Assembly: GCA_963823995.1 (NCBI GenBank)
Contig: CAWGNQ010000005.1
Coordinates: forward strand, 706,510-770,509
DNA length: 64,000 bases
Source of the DNA: an uncultured Acidobacteriota bacterium
GTDB taxonomy: Bacteria > Acidobacteriota > UBA6911 > RPQK01 > JAPXNP01
Reading direction: 5' to 3'
Shown here: positions 49,570 through 59,273 of the stretch, piece after piece
Position numbering within the stretch: position 1 is the first letter of the stretch
Layout: each line of letters opens with the position of its first letter
The notes under the pieces: model-generated
What the model was told of the DNA's origin: nothing
Databases searched by the model: none
Seen by the model: only the letters and a program-made list of their open reading frames with translations
Program-made: the position numbers and the translations under genes

Positions 49570-49815
49570 ATGTCTGACTCAATACATGCACATGAGATTC
49601 TACGGCTGATTGCTGCGACCACTCCGGCGGAAGGGATCGAGGACCTGCATACCCAACTGGCCGAATGCTTCGGCCCGGAAGCCCGTTTTCATACCTGCTC
49701 CCGCTCCGACATGTCACTGGACGATCTGTTGGTCTTTCTGTTCGAGCGAGGCAAGGTCGAACACAGAAATGGTCGCGTGAACGTGGTGACGGATCACGTT
49801 TGCCGCCATGAGTAG
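49570..49815 (+). CDS. DUF2492/YecH-family putative metal-binding protein
   Basis: MSDSIHAHEILRLIAA...FGPEARFHTCSRSDMSLDDLLVFLFERGK closely parallels the E. coli YecH pattern (HGHEVL...FG..ARFHTCS..M...EL..FL...GK). Confidence 0.65.
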   Translation: MSDSIHAHEILRLIAATTPAEGIEDLHTQLAECFGPEARFHTCSRSDMSLDDLLVFLFERGKVEHRNGRVNVVTDHVCRHE

Positions 49816-49836
49816 ATCGGTCGAGAAGGAGTTGGC

Positions 49837-50415
49837 ATGAGCTTGAAGGCCAGCATTGCGGGTTGGCTCAGGCCCTTGTTTCCGCGCTCCGGGTGGGTGA
49901 GCCGGACGCTTTGGCAACGGAGGCTGGACGAGGTCGCGGATGCGGTGGCCAATCGAACCTTCGATGAGATCGAGGGAATATTGCGCCGCCTTGAACGGGA
50001 GTTACCCCTCTTCGGGTCCGATCCGGGTACACGGGTCGGCCGACTCACCCGCCTCGGGGAGCTGTACCAGGATCTGGCCGGGAGCTTCGAGGATGCGGAA
50101 CGGCTCTATCGCGAAGCCCTTGCGCTGGCTGAATCCGAAGCTCTGAACTACGGGACCGTTGCCCTTCCAATGAACGACCTGGGGCTCCTGCTCACCAATC
50201 AGAGAAGGTATCGCGAAGCGGAACCTGTGGTCGAGCAGCTCACCTCGCTGACCAGGGACCATTTCGGAGATGATCATCCGGAGTTCGCGAGCTGCCTCGA
50301 GAATCTCGCTGCAATCTATCGTCAGACCGGAAGAACAACGAAGGCATCCGAAATCCGGGCGAACGCCGTTCGGATCCGAAAAACGGAAGAAGCAAGAGCC
50401 TGGAGCAACCACTGA
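49837..50415 (+). CDS. TPR-repeat protein (TPR_10/12 type)
   Basis: Repeated LG.LY...G...EAE.LYREAL helices. Confidence 0.65.
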   Translation: MSLKASIAGWLRPLFPRSGWVSRTLWQRRLDEVADAVANRTFDEIEGILRRLERELPLFGSDPGTRVGRLTRLGELYQDLAGSFEDAERLYREALALAESEALNYGTVALPMNDLGLLLTNQRRYREAEPVVEQLTSLTRDHFGDDHPEFASCLENLAAIYRQTGRTTKASEIRANAVRIRKTEEARAWSNH

Positions 50416-50457
50416 GCGCACCGGCCTCTTCGAGGCGCACCGAAACAGGGGAGCAGC

Positions 50458-50892
50458 ATGAATGAGTTTCGATGGCCCCGGGTGATCGTCGCCGGCCTTG
50501 CAGCCGGCGCCGTCCTCCTGGCCGGAGAAACCATTTTGAACAGCTTCATCCTCGGGATCGAATGGCAGCAGCGTCTTCTCGACCTCGGGGTCGCTCCGCT
50601 GACGCGTGCCGCCGCCGTCCTGCTCGTATCGATTACGATTCTGCTGGGGGTGTTCGAAGCCTGGCTGATTGTACGCCTGCGCCGCACGCCCGGCGTGATC
50701 ATACCTCGGGTCGTCCTGGAGGCTGCCCTCGTCGTCTGGCTCACCGTCTTCGTTTTTACTTCTGCGTGGCTGTTCCTGTTGAACGTCTTCCCTGCCCGAC
50801 TGATGGTCCTCAGTAGCCTCTGGGGGCTCGGCGAATGCGTTCTGGCCTCGCTGGCCGCCACGTGGATCCTTTCGAGAAGAGGTCGATCATGA
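50458..50892 (+). CDS. hypothetical integral membrane protein (4 TM)
   Basis: Four hydrophobic helices; no motif recognised. Confidence 0.5.
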   Translation: MNEFRWPRVIVAGLAAGAVLLAGETILNSFILGIEWQQRLLDLGVAPLTRAAAVLLVSITILLGVFEAWLIVRLRRTPGVIIPRVVLEAALVVWLTVFVFTSAWLFLLNVFPARLMVLSSLWGLGECVLASLAATWILSRRGRS

Positions 50893-52304
50893 ATCTGGCC
50901 CTGGGTTTACGGCTTTCCCTCCTCATTATTCTGCCGGCGACAGCGGCGTTCCTTCCCGGGCGCGATCTGCCCGTTCTCGAACAGCACTATTCCGGTGCTG
51001 CGACCCGGATCATCGATCGAGCCCGGCAAGATTCAGAGACCTGGAGTAAGCTCGAATATCTCTGTGATCGGATCGGCCATCGTTTGAGTGGTTCGCCCCA
51101 GCTCGAAAAGGCCGCTCAATGGGCCGCCGAGACGATGCGAGCGGATGGTCTCGAGCATGTCCATCTGCAGCCGGTGGAAGTGCCTCACTGGGTCCGAGGA
51201 TCCGAATCGTGTCGGATGGTCGCACCGCTGCTTCGCCCCCTGCACATTCTCGGACTCGGCGGCAGCATCGCGACTCCGGCCGAAGGGATTCGTGCGTCGG
51301 TGGTCGTGGTCGACAGCTTCGAGGATCTGGATGCGCTGGGCGCCGACAAGGTCAAGGGACGGATCGTCGTCTTCAATGAGCCCTGGGAAGGCTACGGCCG
51401 AACGGTCCGGTACCGCTACTCCGCGGCGTCGCGAGCTTCCGCTTTGGGGGCCGTCGCCGTACTCGTCCGTTCCGTCACTCCGGTCAGTCTCCAGTCGCCT
51501 CACACCGGATCCCTCGGCTACTCTTCCGCTGCTCCGCCCATTCCGGCGGCCGCTGTCACGATCGAGGATGCGCTCCTGCTCCGCCGCCTTGACGACCTGG
51601 GAGCCGCGATCGAAATCGAACTGCATATGGATGCTCAGACCCTCGCTCCCGCCCAGTCCGCGAACGTGATCGGCGAAATCACCGGAAGTGAGCTTCCGGA
51701 ACAGGTCGTGGTGATCGGCGGCCACCTCGACTCCTGGGATGTCGGGCAGGGCGCTCACGACGACGGAGCGGGCGTGGCCGTCTCGATGCAGGCGGTCAAG
51801 CTGCTGCTCGACCTGGGCCTGAGACCTCGCCGCACGCTCAGGGTCGTGCTCTTCACCAATGAGGAGAATGGCTTGGCCGGAGGCAAGGCGTACCGTGCAG
51901 CACTCGGCGAGACCTCCCTCCGAAATCACGTCGCCGCCATTGAAATGGACGCCGGTGCGGAACAACCGCTGGGCTTCGGTGTGAGCCTTTCAGGAGAAGA
52001 AGGCTCTGTCGACGGGAATGTCGATCCGGCATTGGGTCTGCTCGAGGGCGTTGCTCACCTGCTCAGCCCTGTCGGTGCGGATCACGTCTCGGCCGGAGGA
52101 GGCGGAGCCGACATCAGCCCCCTGATGCACGACGGTGTCCCCGGCCTTGGCCTGCGGACGATCGGGACGCATTACTTCGATTGGCATCACACCGATTCGG
52201 ACACCCTGGACAAAGTAGATCCGGATGCACTGCGGGCGAACCTCGCCGCGATGGCGGTGATGGCGTATATCCTGGCCGACATGCCCGGAACACTGGCAGA
52301 GTAG
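50889..52304 (+). CDS. M28-family zinc aminopeptidase with PA domain, secreted
   Basis: ATGA coupling with upstream gene; HLDSWDVGQGAHDDGAGVAVSMQAVKLL and NEENGLAGG metal-ligand motifs. Confidence 0.8.
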   Translation: MNLALGLRLSLLIILPATAAFLPGRDLPVLEQHYSGAATRIIDRARQDSETWSKLEYLCDRIGHRLSGSPQLEKAAQWAAETMRADGLEHVHLQPVEVPHWVRGSESCRMVAPLLRPLHILGLGGSIATPAEGIRASVVVVDSFEDLDALGADKVKGRIVVFNEPWEGYGRTVRYRYSAASRASALGAVAVLVRSVTPVSLQSPHTGSLGYSSAAPPIPAAAVTIEDALLLRRLDDLGAAIEIELHMDAQTLAPAQSANVIGEITGSELPEQVVVIGGHLDSWDVGQGAHDDGAGVAVSMQAVKLLLDLGLRPRRTLRVVLFTNEENGLAGGKAYRAALGETSLRNHVAAIEMDAGAEQPLGFGVSLSGEEGSVDGNVDPALGLLEGVAHLLSPVGADHVSAGGGGADISPLMHDGVPGLGLRTIGTHYFDWHHTDSDTLDKVDPDALRANLAAMAVMAYILADMPGTLAE

Positions 52305-52424
52305 GAGAATCGATTCCGAGTTGTTACGACGGGTGAATTGCTGATTTGGGCGAGCACGGCAGGACCGTGCGGCACCTGCGGACCGGGATCTTTCACGGTT
52401 CGAGGTTTCGGGGTTCCAGAGTCG

Positions 52425-52530
52425 CCGTGGCCGGACGGGAGGCCGGAGGCCGGGTCGCCGGAGAACGGGTCGCCGGGAGAACGGGTCGCCGGGGGTAGCG
52501 GGTGGCCGGAGAACGGGTGGCCCGGGGGTA
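52425..52530. repeat. GGGAGAACGGGTSGCC-type tandem repeat block (element E4)
   Basis: gccggagaacgggtcgccgggagaacgggtcgccgggggtagcgggtggccggagaacgggtggcc... Confidence 0.7.
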
Positions 52531-52597
52531 GCGGGTGGAAGGAAGGGCATCTCCCGCCCGTAGCCTGACGCGATTTCCCAATCGTGCACGAATGGGA

Positions 52598-52760
52598 CAT
52601 CAGAGCCGGAGCGAAGTGAGGGACCCCAATTCACGGTTGTCGAATCCCCCCGTTTATTACCCCGGACGAACTCCCGCGGCAGCCCGGGGGCTTTCACGGG
52701 AATCGCCGGGCTTCGATGACCGGGCTTTGGTGACACCCTCACTTCGTTCCGGCTCTGACG
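52598..52760. mobile_element. MITE-like element copy 2 (~163 bp) with terminal inverted repeats
   Basis: catcagagccggagcgaagtgagggacc ... ggtgacaccctcacttcgttccggctctgacg; internal ccggacgaac.cccgcggcagcccgg shared with copy 1. A solo arm follows at 52780-52802. Confidence 0.5.
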
Positions 52761-52895
52761 GTGCCATTTGCGGGATGCTGGGGAACGAAGTGAGGGACGT
52801 CGGCCAGTTCCCGTTCTCCCGTTCTCCCTTCCCGGCTGTCCCGGCGAAACGGAAAAGATATCCCACTCGGCCTCCCCCTCCTGTGTTCCGCCGAG

Positions 52896-53366
52896 TCACC
52901 CGTCTCGGCGCCGTCGATCCGCGAAGAACTCCCGGAGAACTCGGCGGCACGCCTCGCCCCCGACACCCGGCGTCACGGCCACCGTGTGATTGAAGAGTCC
53001 CGGCTCGAGCAGCCGGGCTCGCGATGCGACAGCCCCGGCCTTCTCGTCCGCCGTGCCATAGATCAGTCGGGCGACCCGACCCCAGATCATCGCTCCGGCA
53101 CACATCGCACAGGGTTCCAGCGTGGCGTACAGCTCCAGTCCGGAGAGCCGGTAGTTGGAAAGACGGGCGCCTGCCTCCCTGAGCACGAGCATTTCAGCAT
53201 GAGCGGAAGGGTCGGAGAGTTGGATGCTGCGGTTGTGATCCCGGGCGACCAGGCGCCCCTCGAGAACCGCGACCGCCCCGACGGGCACCTCTCCCTCCTC
53301 CCGCGCCCGCTCCGCCTCCTCGAGTGCGATCGCCATCCAGTCGTCGTCCGTCGTCGGCAGATCCAT
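52896..53366 (-). CDS. tadA: tRNA adenosine(34) deaminase
   Basis: HAEM and PCAMCAGA zinc-ligand motifs; likely start MDLPTTDDDWMAIAL at 53366 (track ORF to 53381). Confidence 0.85.
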   Translation of the reverse strand: MDLPTTDDDWMAIALEEAERAREEGEVPVGAVAVLEGRLVARDHNRSIQLSDPSAHAEMLVLREAGARLSNYRLSGLELYATLEPCAMCAGAMIWGRVARLIYGTADEKAGAVASRARLLEPGLFNHTVAVTPGVGGEACRRVLREFFADRRRRDG

Positions 53367-53367
53367 T

Positions 53368-53625
53368 TCAGAGAAGCCCATCGTACACGATGTTGCCCCC
53401 CTCCTCTCGCATCAGACGGCACAAAGGACAATCAGCCTCGAAGTACTCGGCAGGATCGAACTCGCGGATCCGACGCTCCAGTTCCTGTTCAGTCGGATTG
53501 TCGAGATGGACGAGGTTGAAGCGGCCGACGCGCGTGATGATCGCGTTGTCTCCGAACATCTTCTTCAGTTCCGCGTCCGATTCGGGAACCTCCCCGCACT
53601 CTGATCTCTGCATAGAGAAAGACAT
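53368..53625 (-). CDS. small hypothetical protein with CPLC motif, coupled to tadA
   Basis: 85 aa, overlaps tadA start by a few nt; ...EADCPLCRLMREEGGNIVYDG. Confidence 0.4.
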   Translation of the reverse strand: MSFSMQRSECGEVPESDAELKKMFGDNAIITRVGRFNLVHLDNPTEQELERRIREFDPAEYFEADCPLCRLMREEGGNIVYDGLL

Positions 53626-53782
53626 GGTTGCCTCCTTTCTCTATCCATTAACGTTCGAAACGGGAAATCTACGAATGTTCGATCGTCGCTTTGCGATTTG
53701 CGGCAATCGGGCAACGGGAACGGGGCGGGATAAGGTACCCGAAATCGAAGACGGCACATCGCAAAGCGCGCGCAGATTCCCC

Positions 53783-55417
53783 TCAATGCTCGGGGGCCGC
53801 AGGTGCGATCTGAAACGGGGAGGAGAGCTCGACCGACTGGCCGGCCAGCCGATCATCGACCTCGACCCGGACTCGATAGTGTCCCGGCTCGAGGCCTTCC
53901 AACGGAAGGGACCGCACAATGACGACTCTGTCCTGAGAAAAGTACTCGACCGAGTCTTCCCGGTCGTCCGTCACGGTCCGGACCACACTCCCATCCTGGG
54001 AAATCGTGAAGGTCAGCTTCAAGTCGGGACGAAGGGTCGACTGGTCCAGCCTCGCGTTATAGAGATGGAAATAGAGCCCAACCGGGGACCCCGATTCGAA
54101 CCGCCGGTCCACGCTGGGGCGGACCTTCACGTCACCGATCACGAACATGTCATCGGCCTTCGGAACCTCGGAAAGAACTTCGAGCCGGTTTGCGAGAACC
54201 AGCGAGCTGGCCTCCAACGTATCCGTGCCAACCCGGGGTGGATTCAGTGCCTGGCGGGTGACCCCGACCTTCTGGCTGGTCAGATCCTTCACCACCAGAA
54301 CCAGCTTGTAGCGGAGCTTCCGGTCGAGGGGAAGCACTTTCTGATAGACCGAAGAATGCCGGAGTCCCTCTCTCAGTCCACTTTCGCCGAAGGATGTTTG
54401 CAGATCATCCTCGAACTCCGAGACGACGCGGTTCGTGATGCTGGTGACCGTCCCGTAGACCGCCAGTCGTGCCACGCGCCGCTCGCCCTCAGGTTGAAAC
54501 GTCAGGTCTTTGTTCCTGACGCGGAGCGTGATGGGGACCAGCACCTCCCGGTCATTCAGCCGGAAATAGTCCTCAGCGACCTCCAGCGGAAGGTCGTCGT
54601 AGCTCAGATTGACCTCGACGATTTCCTTCAGGTCACGATACTTGATCTGAGTCGGCCGCTGCACCATGGCGTAGGTCTCGTACCGGCTGAAGGGATTGTC
54701 CCTGGCTCTTTGCGGCATGAGAGGATAGCCGTCCCGATTCCCGGGGGAGAACCAGGGCCGATCGGCCTTGGTAGCCAGTCCGAGCTGTTCGGCGAGAGTG
54801 GCGCCTCCACCCGGAACGTGCAGGAGGGCATCCTTCTCTTCCGGATAGAGCGCAAGTTTGTACTCGCCGGTCAGACTGGGGTCTACGAATTCGAGTTCAA
54901 TATCGTCACCGATGCCCTCGATGTGGCGATAGCGCCAGACCTCGAAAGGGTACGTGACCGTGCTGCCACCCCCCTCGTTGGCAGGCCTCTCGTAGTAACC
55001 ACCCGAGGGATGGGACTCGATTTCAGCCGGTCGGCCATGGATGATGTAAATTCGCCCGCGATCGGTCATCCACCCGGGCAGACCGGAACTGAAATGCTCG
55101 TTGGAGTATGCGATGCGCCGGTAGTGCTCCTCCTTGAATTCATTGATCGAAGTCGATGGGTCGGGATCGCGGCGGAACCAGAACTGTTCGATGAACTGTT
55201 CCTTCTCTTCCTCCGTGGTCAGGCGTTTGAAGACATCGCGCTCCTCTTCGGTGATGATGTAGACGACGTCTTCGTCCAGCCACTTGCGGTAGTAATCCTC
55301 CGACTCTTCCTGGCGCAGTTGGGTGGGATCCTGGGCAGAGAGGGTCTCAGGCCCGGCAAGACCGGTGAGCAACAGGGACGCGAAAAGTACGCTGGATCGA
55401 CAGTTCATGACGGTCAA
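53783..55417 (-). CDS. GWxTD-domain protein (copy 2)
   Basis: Signal peptide; EEKEQFIEQFWFRRDP; GWMTDRGRIYIIHG; collinear with the 27476-29149 product. Confidence 0.85.
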   Translation of the reverse strand: MTVMNCRSSVLFASLLLTGLAGPETLSAQDPTQLRQEESEDYYRKWLDEDVVYIITEEERDVFKRLTTEEEKEQFIEQFWFRRDPDPSTSINEFKEEHYRRIAYSNEHFSSGLPGWMTDRGRIYIIHGRPAEIESHPSGGYYERPANEGGGSTVTYPFEVWRYRHIEGIGDDIELEFVDPSLTGEYKLALYPEEKDALLHVPGGGATLAEQLGLATKADRPWFSPGNRDGYPLMPQRARDNPFSRYETYAMVQRPTQIKYRDLKEIVEVNLSYDDLPLEVAEDYFRLNDREVLVPITLRVRNKDLTFQPEGERRVARLAVYGTVTSITNRVVSEFEDDLQTSFGESGLREGLRHSSVYQKVLPLDRKLRYKLVLVVKDLTSQKVGVTRQALNPPRVGTDTLEASSLVLANRLEVLSEVPKADDMFVIGDVKVRPSVDRRFESGSPVGLYFHLYNARLDQSTLRPDLKLTFTISQDGSVVRTVTDDREDSVEYFSQDRVVIVRSLPLEGLEPGHYRVRVEVDDRLAGQSVELSSPFQIAPAAPEH

Positions 55418-55691
55418 CAGGGGACACTGAGATTATATCGGACCTCGGACAGGACGAGTGTCCCGGATTCGTTCCGGCACCTCGATGTCGGCCACGGATC
55501 GAGCCGGAATGATCCGTCGAAGCCGGCCCCATACAGCCGGCGATCGGCGCGAGCGTTGGTCTCCCGAAAGCAGGCCCCTCCGCGAGACTCGTCCGACTAT
55601 AGCCCCCGCAACTTTTGTGCTAGGCTCCACAGGTAGAAGCCCGCAACTCGTTGTCCTTACTCGGGCTTCCTGAATTGGGGGTCGATTCGAA

Positions 55692-58421
55692 ATGAAGAAA
55701 GCCCGCAACTACATCTTTCTCCTCATTGTGCTGCTCGTCTGGGCGGCACTGGCGGGGGGCATCAGCCTCTACATCGACGGGCTCTGGTTTGAGTCGCTTG
55801 GCTACTGGCAGGTCTTCCGCCTCACCGTGCTGGCCCGCAGCCTCTCATTCCTGCTCGGCCTCGCCGTGACCATCCCGCTGTTGTGGGCGAGCGTCTGGCT
55901 CTCCTCCCTGCAACCCCGCTCGCAGGGATTCTGGTTCAAGCAGGAGTTCGTCGAGGTCGCGCAAAAGAGCGCCCGGGCGGTCCTGCTGCTCGTGGCGATG
56001 GGAGTCTCCGTGCTGGCGGGACTGGCTTTCCAATCCAACTGGATGACTCTGTTGCAGTATCTCCATCGGGTCGAAGCCGGCGTGACTGACCCGCTGTTCC
56101 ACCGCGATATCGGCTTCTACTTCTTCTCACTGCCCGTCTATCGGTTGGCCGTCGACTATCTCCTGGCGATCGGCTTTCTTGCCCTGATCCTCTCCGCCGC
56201 CGGTTACCTCGTCCACGGGCATCTCGGCTATCTCAACGGCTTCCGACTCACTCGACAGGCACGCACGCATCTGTCGGCCGGACTGGCGGGCATTCTCTTC
56301 CTCGTCGCGCTGCGCTTCTGGCTGGCGCGCTTCGACATCCTCTACGATTCGACGGGAGTGGTCTTTGGGGCCGGCTATGCGGACGTGAACGGATGGCTGC
56401 CGGTATACTGGCTGCTGGCCGCGGCCGCGGCGATCTCCGCGGCGTCCCTCCTCTTCACCATTCCCGCTCGCTCCGTCCGCCCGGCCGTTTACTGCACGCT
56501 CGGCTTCGTGGCCGCCTACCTGCTGCTCAACGTCTATCCACCCCTCCTGCAGACCTTCGTCGTGAACCCGAACGAGCTTCAGAAAGAACAGCCATTCATC
56601 CGCAACAACATCGCTTCGACGCTGAAGGCTTATCGCCTCGACCAGGTCGATACTCACGATTTTTCCACAGGAAAAAGTATTACCGAGGCTGAGTTCAAGG
56701 AAAGTCGACCTACGCTGCGCAACATCCGCCTGTGGGACTGGCGGCCCCTGCTCGATGCCTACGGACAGCTCCAGTCGATCCGCCTCTACTATGAATTCGA
56801 GGACGTGGATGTCGATCGCTATACGATCAATGACCAGTACCGACAGGTGATGCTCTCGGTGCGGGAACTCGATTTCAGCCGTATCAGTGAGAGCGCCCAG
56901 AACTGGATCAACCAGCACTTCCAGTACACACATGGTGAAGGCCTTTGCATGAGCCCGGTCAACGAGGTGACCACGGAGGGGCTGCCCGAGTTCTTCATCA
57001 AGGACATCCCACCGCGATCGACCGTCGACCTTCAGATCACGCGGCCGGAGATTTACTTTGGAGAGAAAACCGACTACCCGGTCTTCGTACGCACCAAACT
57101 GAAGGAGTTCGACTACCCGATGGGAGACATGAACGCGACCACCACCTATCGAGCCGATCGTGGTCTGGCCATCGGTTCGATGATCCGGCGGCTGATGTTC
57201 TCCTGGGAACTCGGTATCTATCAGATCCTCTTCACTGGAAACTTCACTGACGACAGCCGGGTATTGCTGCATCGTCAGATTCAGGACAGGGTTCGTCGTC
57301 TGGCGCCGTTTCTCCTGTTCGACCGGGACCCCTACATGGCCATCGACCAGGGGCGTCTGTTCTGGATTCAGGATGCCTATACGGCCACCGACCGGTATCC
57401 CTATTCAGAGCCCTATCCGAGCCGTGAAGAGCCCCGATTCAACTATCTGAGAAACTCGGTCAAGGTCGTCACCGACGCCTACCTGGGGGACGTTTCCTTC
57501 TATGTTGCCGATCCGGACGACCCCCTGATCCAGGTCTATTCACGCATCTTCCCGGGAATGTTCCATCCGATCGATGAACTCTCCGACGGCCTGAAACATC
57601 ACATCCGGTATCCGGTCGACTTTTTCGACGTCCAGCGCGATATCTTCCGCAGATACCACATGTCGGATCCGACGGTCTTCTACAATCAGGAGGACGTCTG
57701 GGAAATCCCCAACGAGATTTATCGCGGGAACGAGCAGCTCATGGACAGTTACTACATCGTCATGAGCCTGCCCGAGGCCGAACACGAGGAGTTCATCCTC
57801 CTCGTTCCGTACACCCCTCGGAACAAGAACAACATGATCGCCTGGCTGGCCGCCCGTTCCGACGGCGACGCCTACGGGAAACTCGTCCTCTATCAGTTTC
57901 CCAAGCAGGAACTGACCTACGGCCCCATGCAGATCGAAGCCAGGATCGATCAAAACCCTGAGATCTCTCAGCTGATCACCCTCTGGAGCCAGAAAGGATC
58001 CCGCGTCATTCGAGGAAACCTGCTGGTGATCCCGATCGCCGGCTCTGTTCTCTACGTCGAGCCGCTCTATCTGCAGGCGGAGAAGAGTGAGATACCGGAA
58101 CTGACCCGGGTGATCGTCGTCTACCGAAGCGAAGTGGCACTTGGTAAAACACTCGACCAGGCTCTGCAGCGGGCCATTCTGGGTGGCGGCGAGCAGCCGG
58201 TTTCCAGAGCGGCACCCGAGCAGCCGCCTCCGGCACAGGTGTCACAGCCGGGCACCGCACAGCCCCCGCTGCGGACGGACCTTCTGGCAGAAGCGCTCAA
58301 ACACTACGAAGCGGCACAGCAGGCCCTCAGAGAGGGTGACTGGGCGGCTTACGGAGAGGAACAGAAGAAGCTGGGCGACATCCTGCGTCAACTCGCGGGT
58401 CAACCACAACGTCCCCGATGA
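55692..58421 (+). CDS. UPF0182-family large membrane protein
   Basis: N-terminus MKKARNYIFLLIVLL...YIDGLWFESLGYWQVF and 7-TM N-domain plus ~550-aa soluble domain, typical of UPF0182/COG1615. Confidence 0.75.
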   Translation: MKKARNYIFLLIVLLVWAALAGGISLYIDGLWFESLGYWQVFRLTVLARSLSFLLGLAVTIPLLWASVWLSSLQPRSQGFWFKQEFVEVAQKSARAVLLLVAMGVSVLAGLAFQSNWMTLLQYLHRVEAGVTDPLFHRDIGFYFFSLPVYRLAVDYLLAIGFLALILSAAGYLVHGHLGYLNGFRLTRQARTHLSAGLAGILFLVALRFWLARFDILYDSTGVVFGAGYADVNGWLPVYWLLAAAAAISAASLLFTIPARSVRPAVYCTLGFVAAYLLLNVYPPLLQTFVVNPNELQKEQPFIRNNIASTLKAYRLDQVDTHDFSTGKSITEAEFKESRPTLRNIRLWDWRPLLDAYGQLQSIRLYYEFEDVDVDRYTINDQYRQVMLSVRELDFSRISESAQNWINQHFQYTHGEGLCMSPVNEVTTEGLPEFFIKDIPPRSTVDLQITRPEIYFGEKTDYPVFVRTKLKEFDYPMGDMNATTTYRADRGLAIGSMIRRLMFSWELGIYQILFTGNFTDDSRVLLHRQIQDRVRRLAPFLLFDRDPYMAIDQGRLFWIQDAYTATDRYPYSEPYPSREEPRFNYLRNSVKVVTDAYLGDVSFYVADPDDPLIQVYSRIFPGMFHPIDELSDGLKHHIRYPVDFFDVQRDIFRRYHMSDPTVFYNQEDVWEIPNEIYRGNEQLMDSYYIVMSLPEAEHEEFILLVPYTPRNKNNMIAWLAARSDGDAYGKLVLYQFPKQELTYGPMQIEARIDQNPEISQLITLWSQKGSRVIRGNLLVIPIAGSVLYVEPLYLQAEKSEIPELTRVIVVYRSEVALGKTLDQALQRAILGGGEQPVSRAAPEQPPPAQVSQPGTAQPPLRTDLLAEALKHYEAAQQALREGDWAAYGEEQKKLGDILRQLAGQPQRPR

Positions 58422-58494
58422 TCGTGCTGCCCGCCGCGTTGTCGTGGTAAAGACCCGCCGTCGTGGTAAAAAGTCGGCGCGCCGAACACGATGC

Positions 58495-58845
58495 CTAATA
58501 GGTCGGGAGTTCGTGGTCGACTTCCAGCGACCAGGCGTGGATGCCGCCGGCAAGGTTCGACACCTGCTGGAATCCCCGCGAAAGCAGGTACTCCCCCGCC
58601 CTTTGGCTCCGATGTCCGTGGTGACAGTAGCAAATGATCTCGCTCGAAGGATCGAGGGATCGCTCTCCGCCCCGAAGCAGCTGTCTGAGGGGGATATGGA
58701 TCGCCCCGTCGATGCGACAGTGCCGGAATTCGAAATCCTCCCGCACGTCGACCAGGACGACATTTTCACGCTGCAACTCCTGATGTGCTTCAGGAGCCGA
58801 AATCTGGCGTACAGACGGACCTGTCCGCCAAAGCGGCCACATCAT
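58495..58845 (-). CDS. rhodanese-domain sulfurtransferase
   Basis: Active-site loop CYCHHGHRSQ; gaggt RBS. Confidence 0.75.
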   Translation of the reverse strand: MMWPLWRTGPSVRQISAPEAHQELQRENVVLVDVREDFEFRHCRIDGAIHIPLRQLLRGGERSLDPSSEIICYCHHGHRSQRAGEYLLSRGFQQVSNLAGGIHAWSLEVDHELPTY

Positions 58846-58884
58846 GGCTGAACCTCATCCGGAAAAGGTTGGGTGAAAATGCGG

Positions 58885-59214
58885 TCAGGCCTTGAAAGAC
58901 TCGCCGCATCCGCAGGTGCTCTTCACATTGGGATTGTTGAACTTGAAGCCCGATCCTTGCGGCGTATCGACGAAATCGATTTCCGTCCCGTCGAGGTAGA
59001 TCATGCTCTGTTCGTCGACGTACACCTGAAATCCATCGACCGAGACCACATGATCGCCCTCGCGACCGCTCTCTTCGAGCTTCATGGCGTATTGAAAACC
59101 GGAGCATCCGCCGCCGACAACCGCCAGGCGAATGCCCGTGTAAGCACCCGCATCTTCTTGAGAGGCCATTGCTTCCCTGACCTTGACTTGCGCTTTCTCA
59201 GTAAGACTCACCAT
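58885..59214 (-). CDS. A-type iron-sulfur cluster carrier (IscA/ErpA/HesB family)
   Basis: C..GGGCSGF and C-terminal CGCGESF motifs; RBS ggaaggag before ATG 59214 (track ORF extended to 59277). Confidence 0.8.
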   Translation of the reverse strand: MVSLTEKAQVKVREAMASQEDAGAYTGIRLAVVGGGCSGFQYAMKLEESGREGDHVVSVDGFQVYVDEQSMIYLDGTEIDFVDTPQGSGFKFNNPNVKSTCGCGESFKA

Positions 59215-59273
59215 GATTGAGACGATTCTCCTTCCTTGGAGCAAAGGATGCAGATTGCCTGCGAAGGGTTTCA

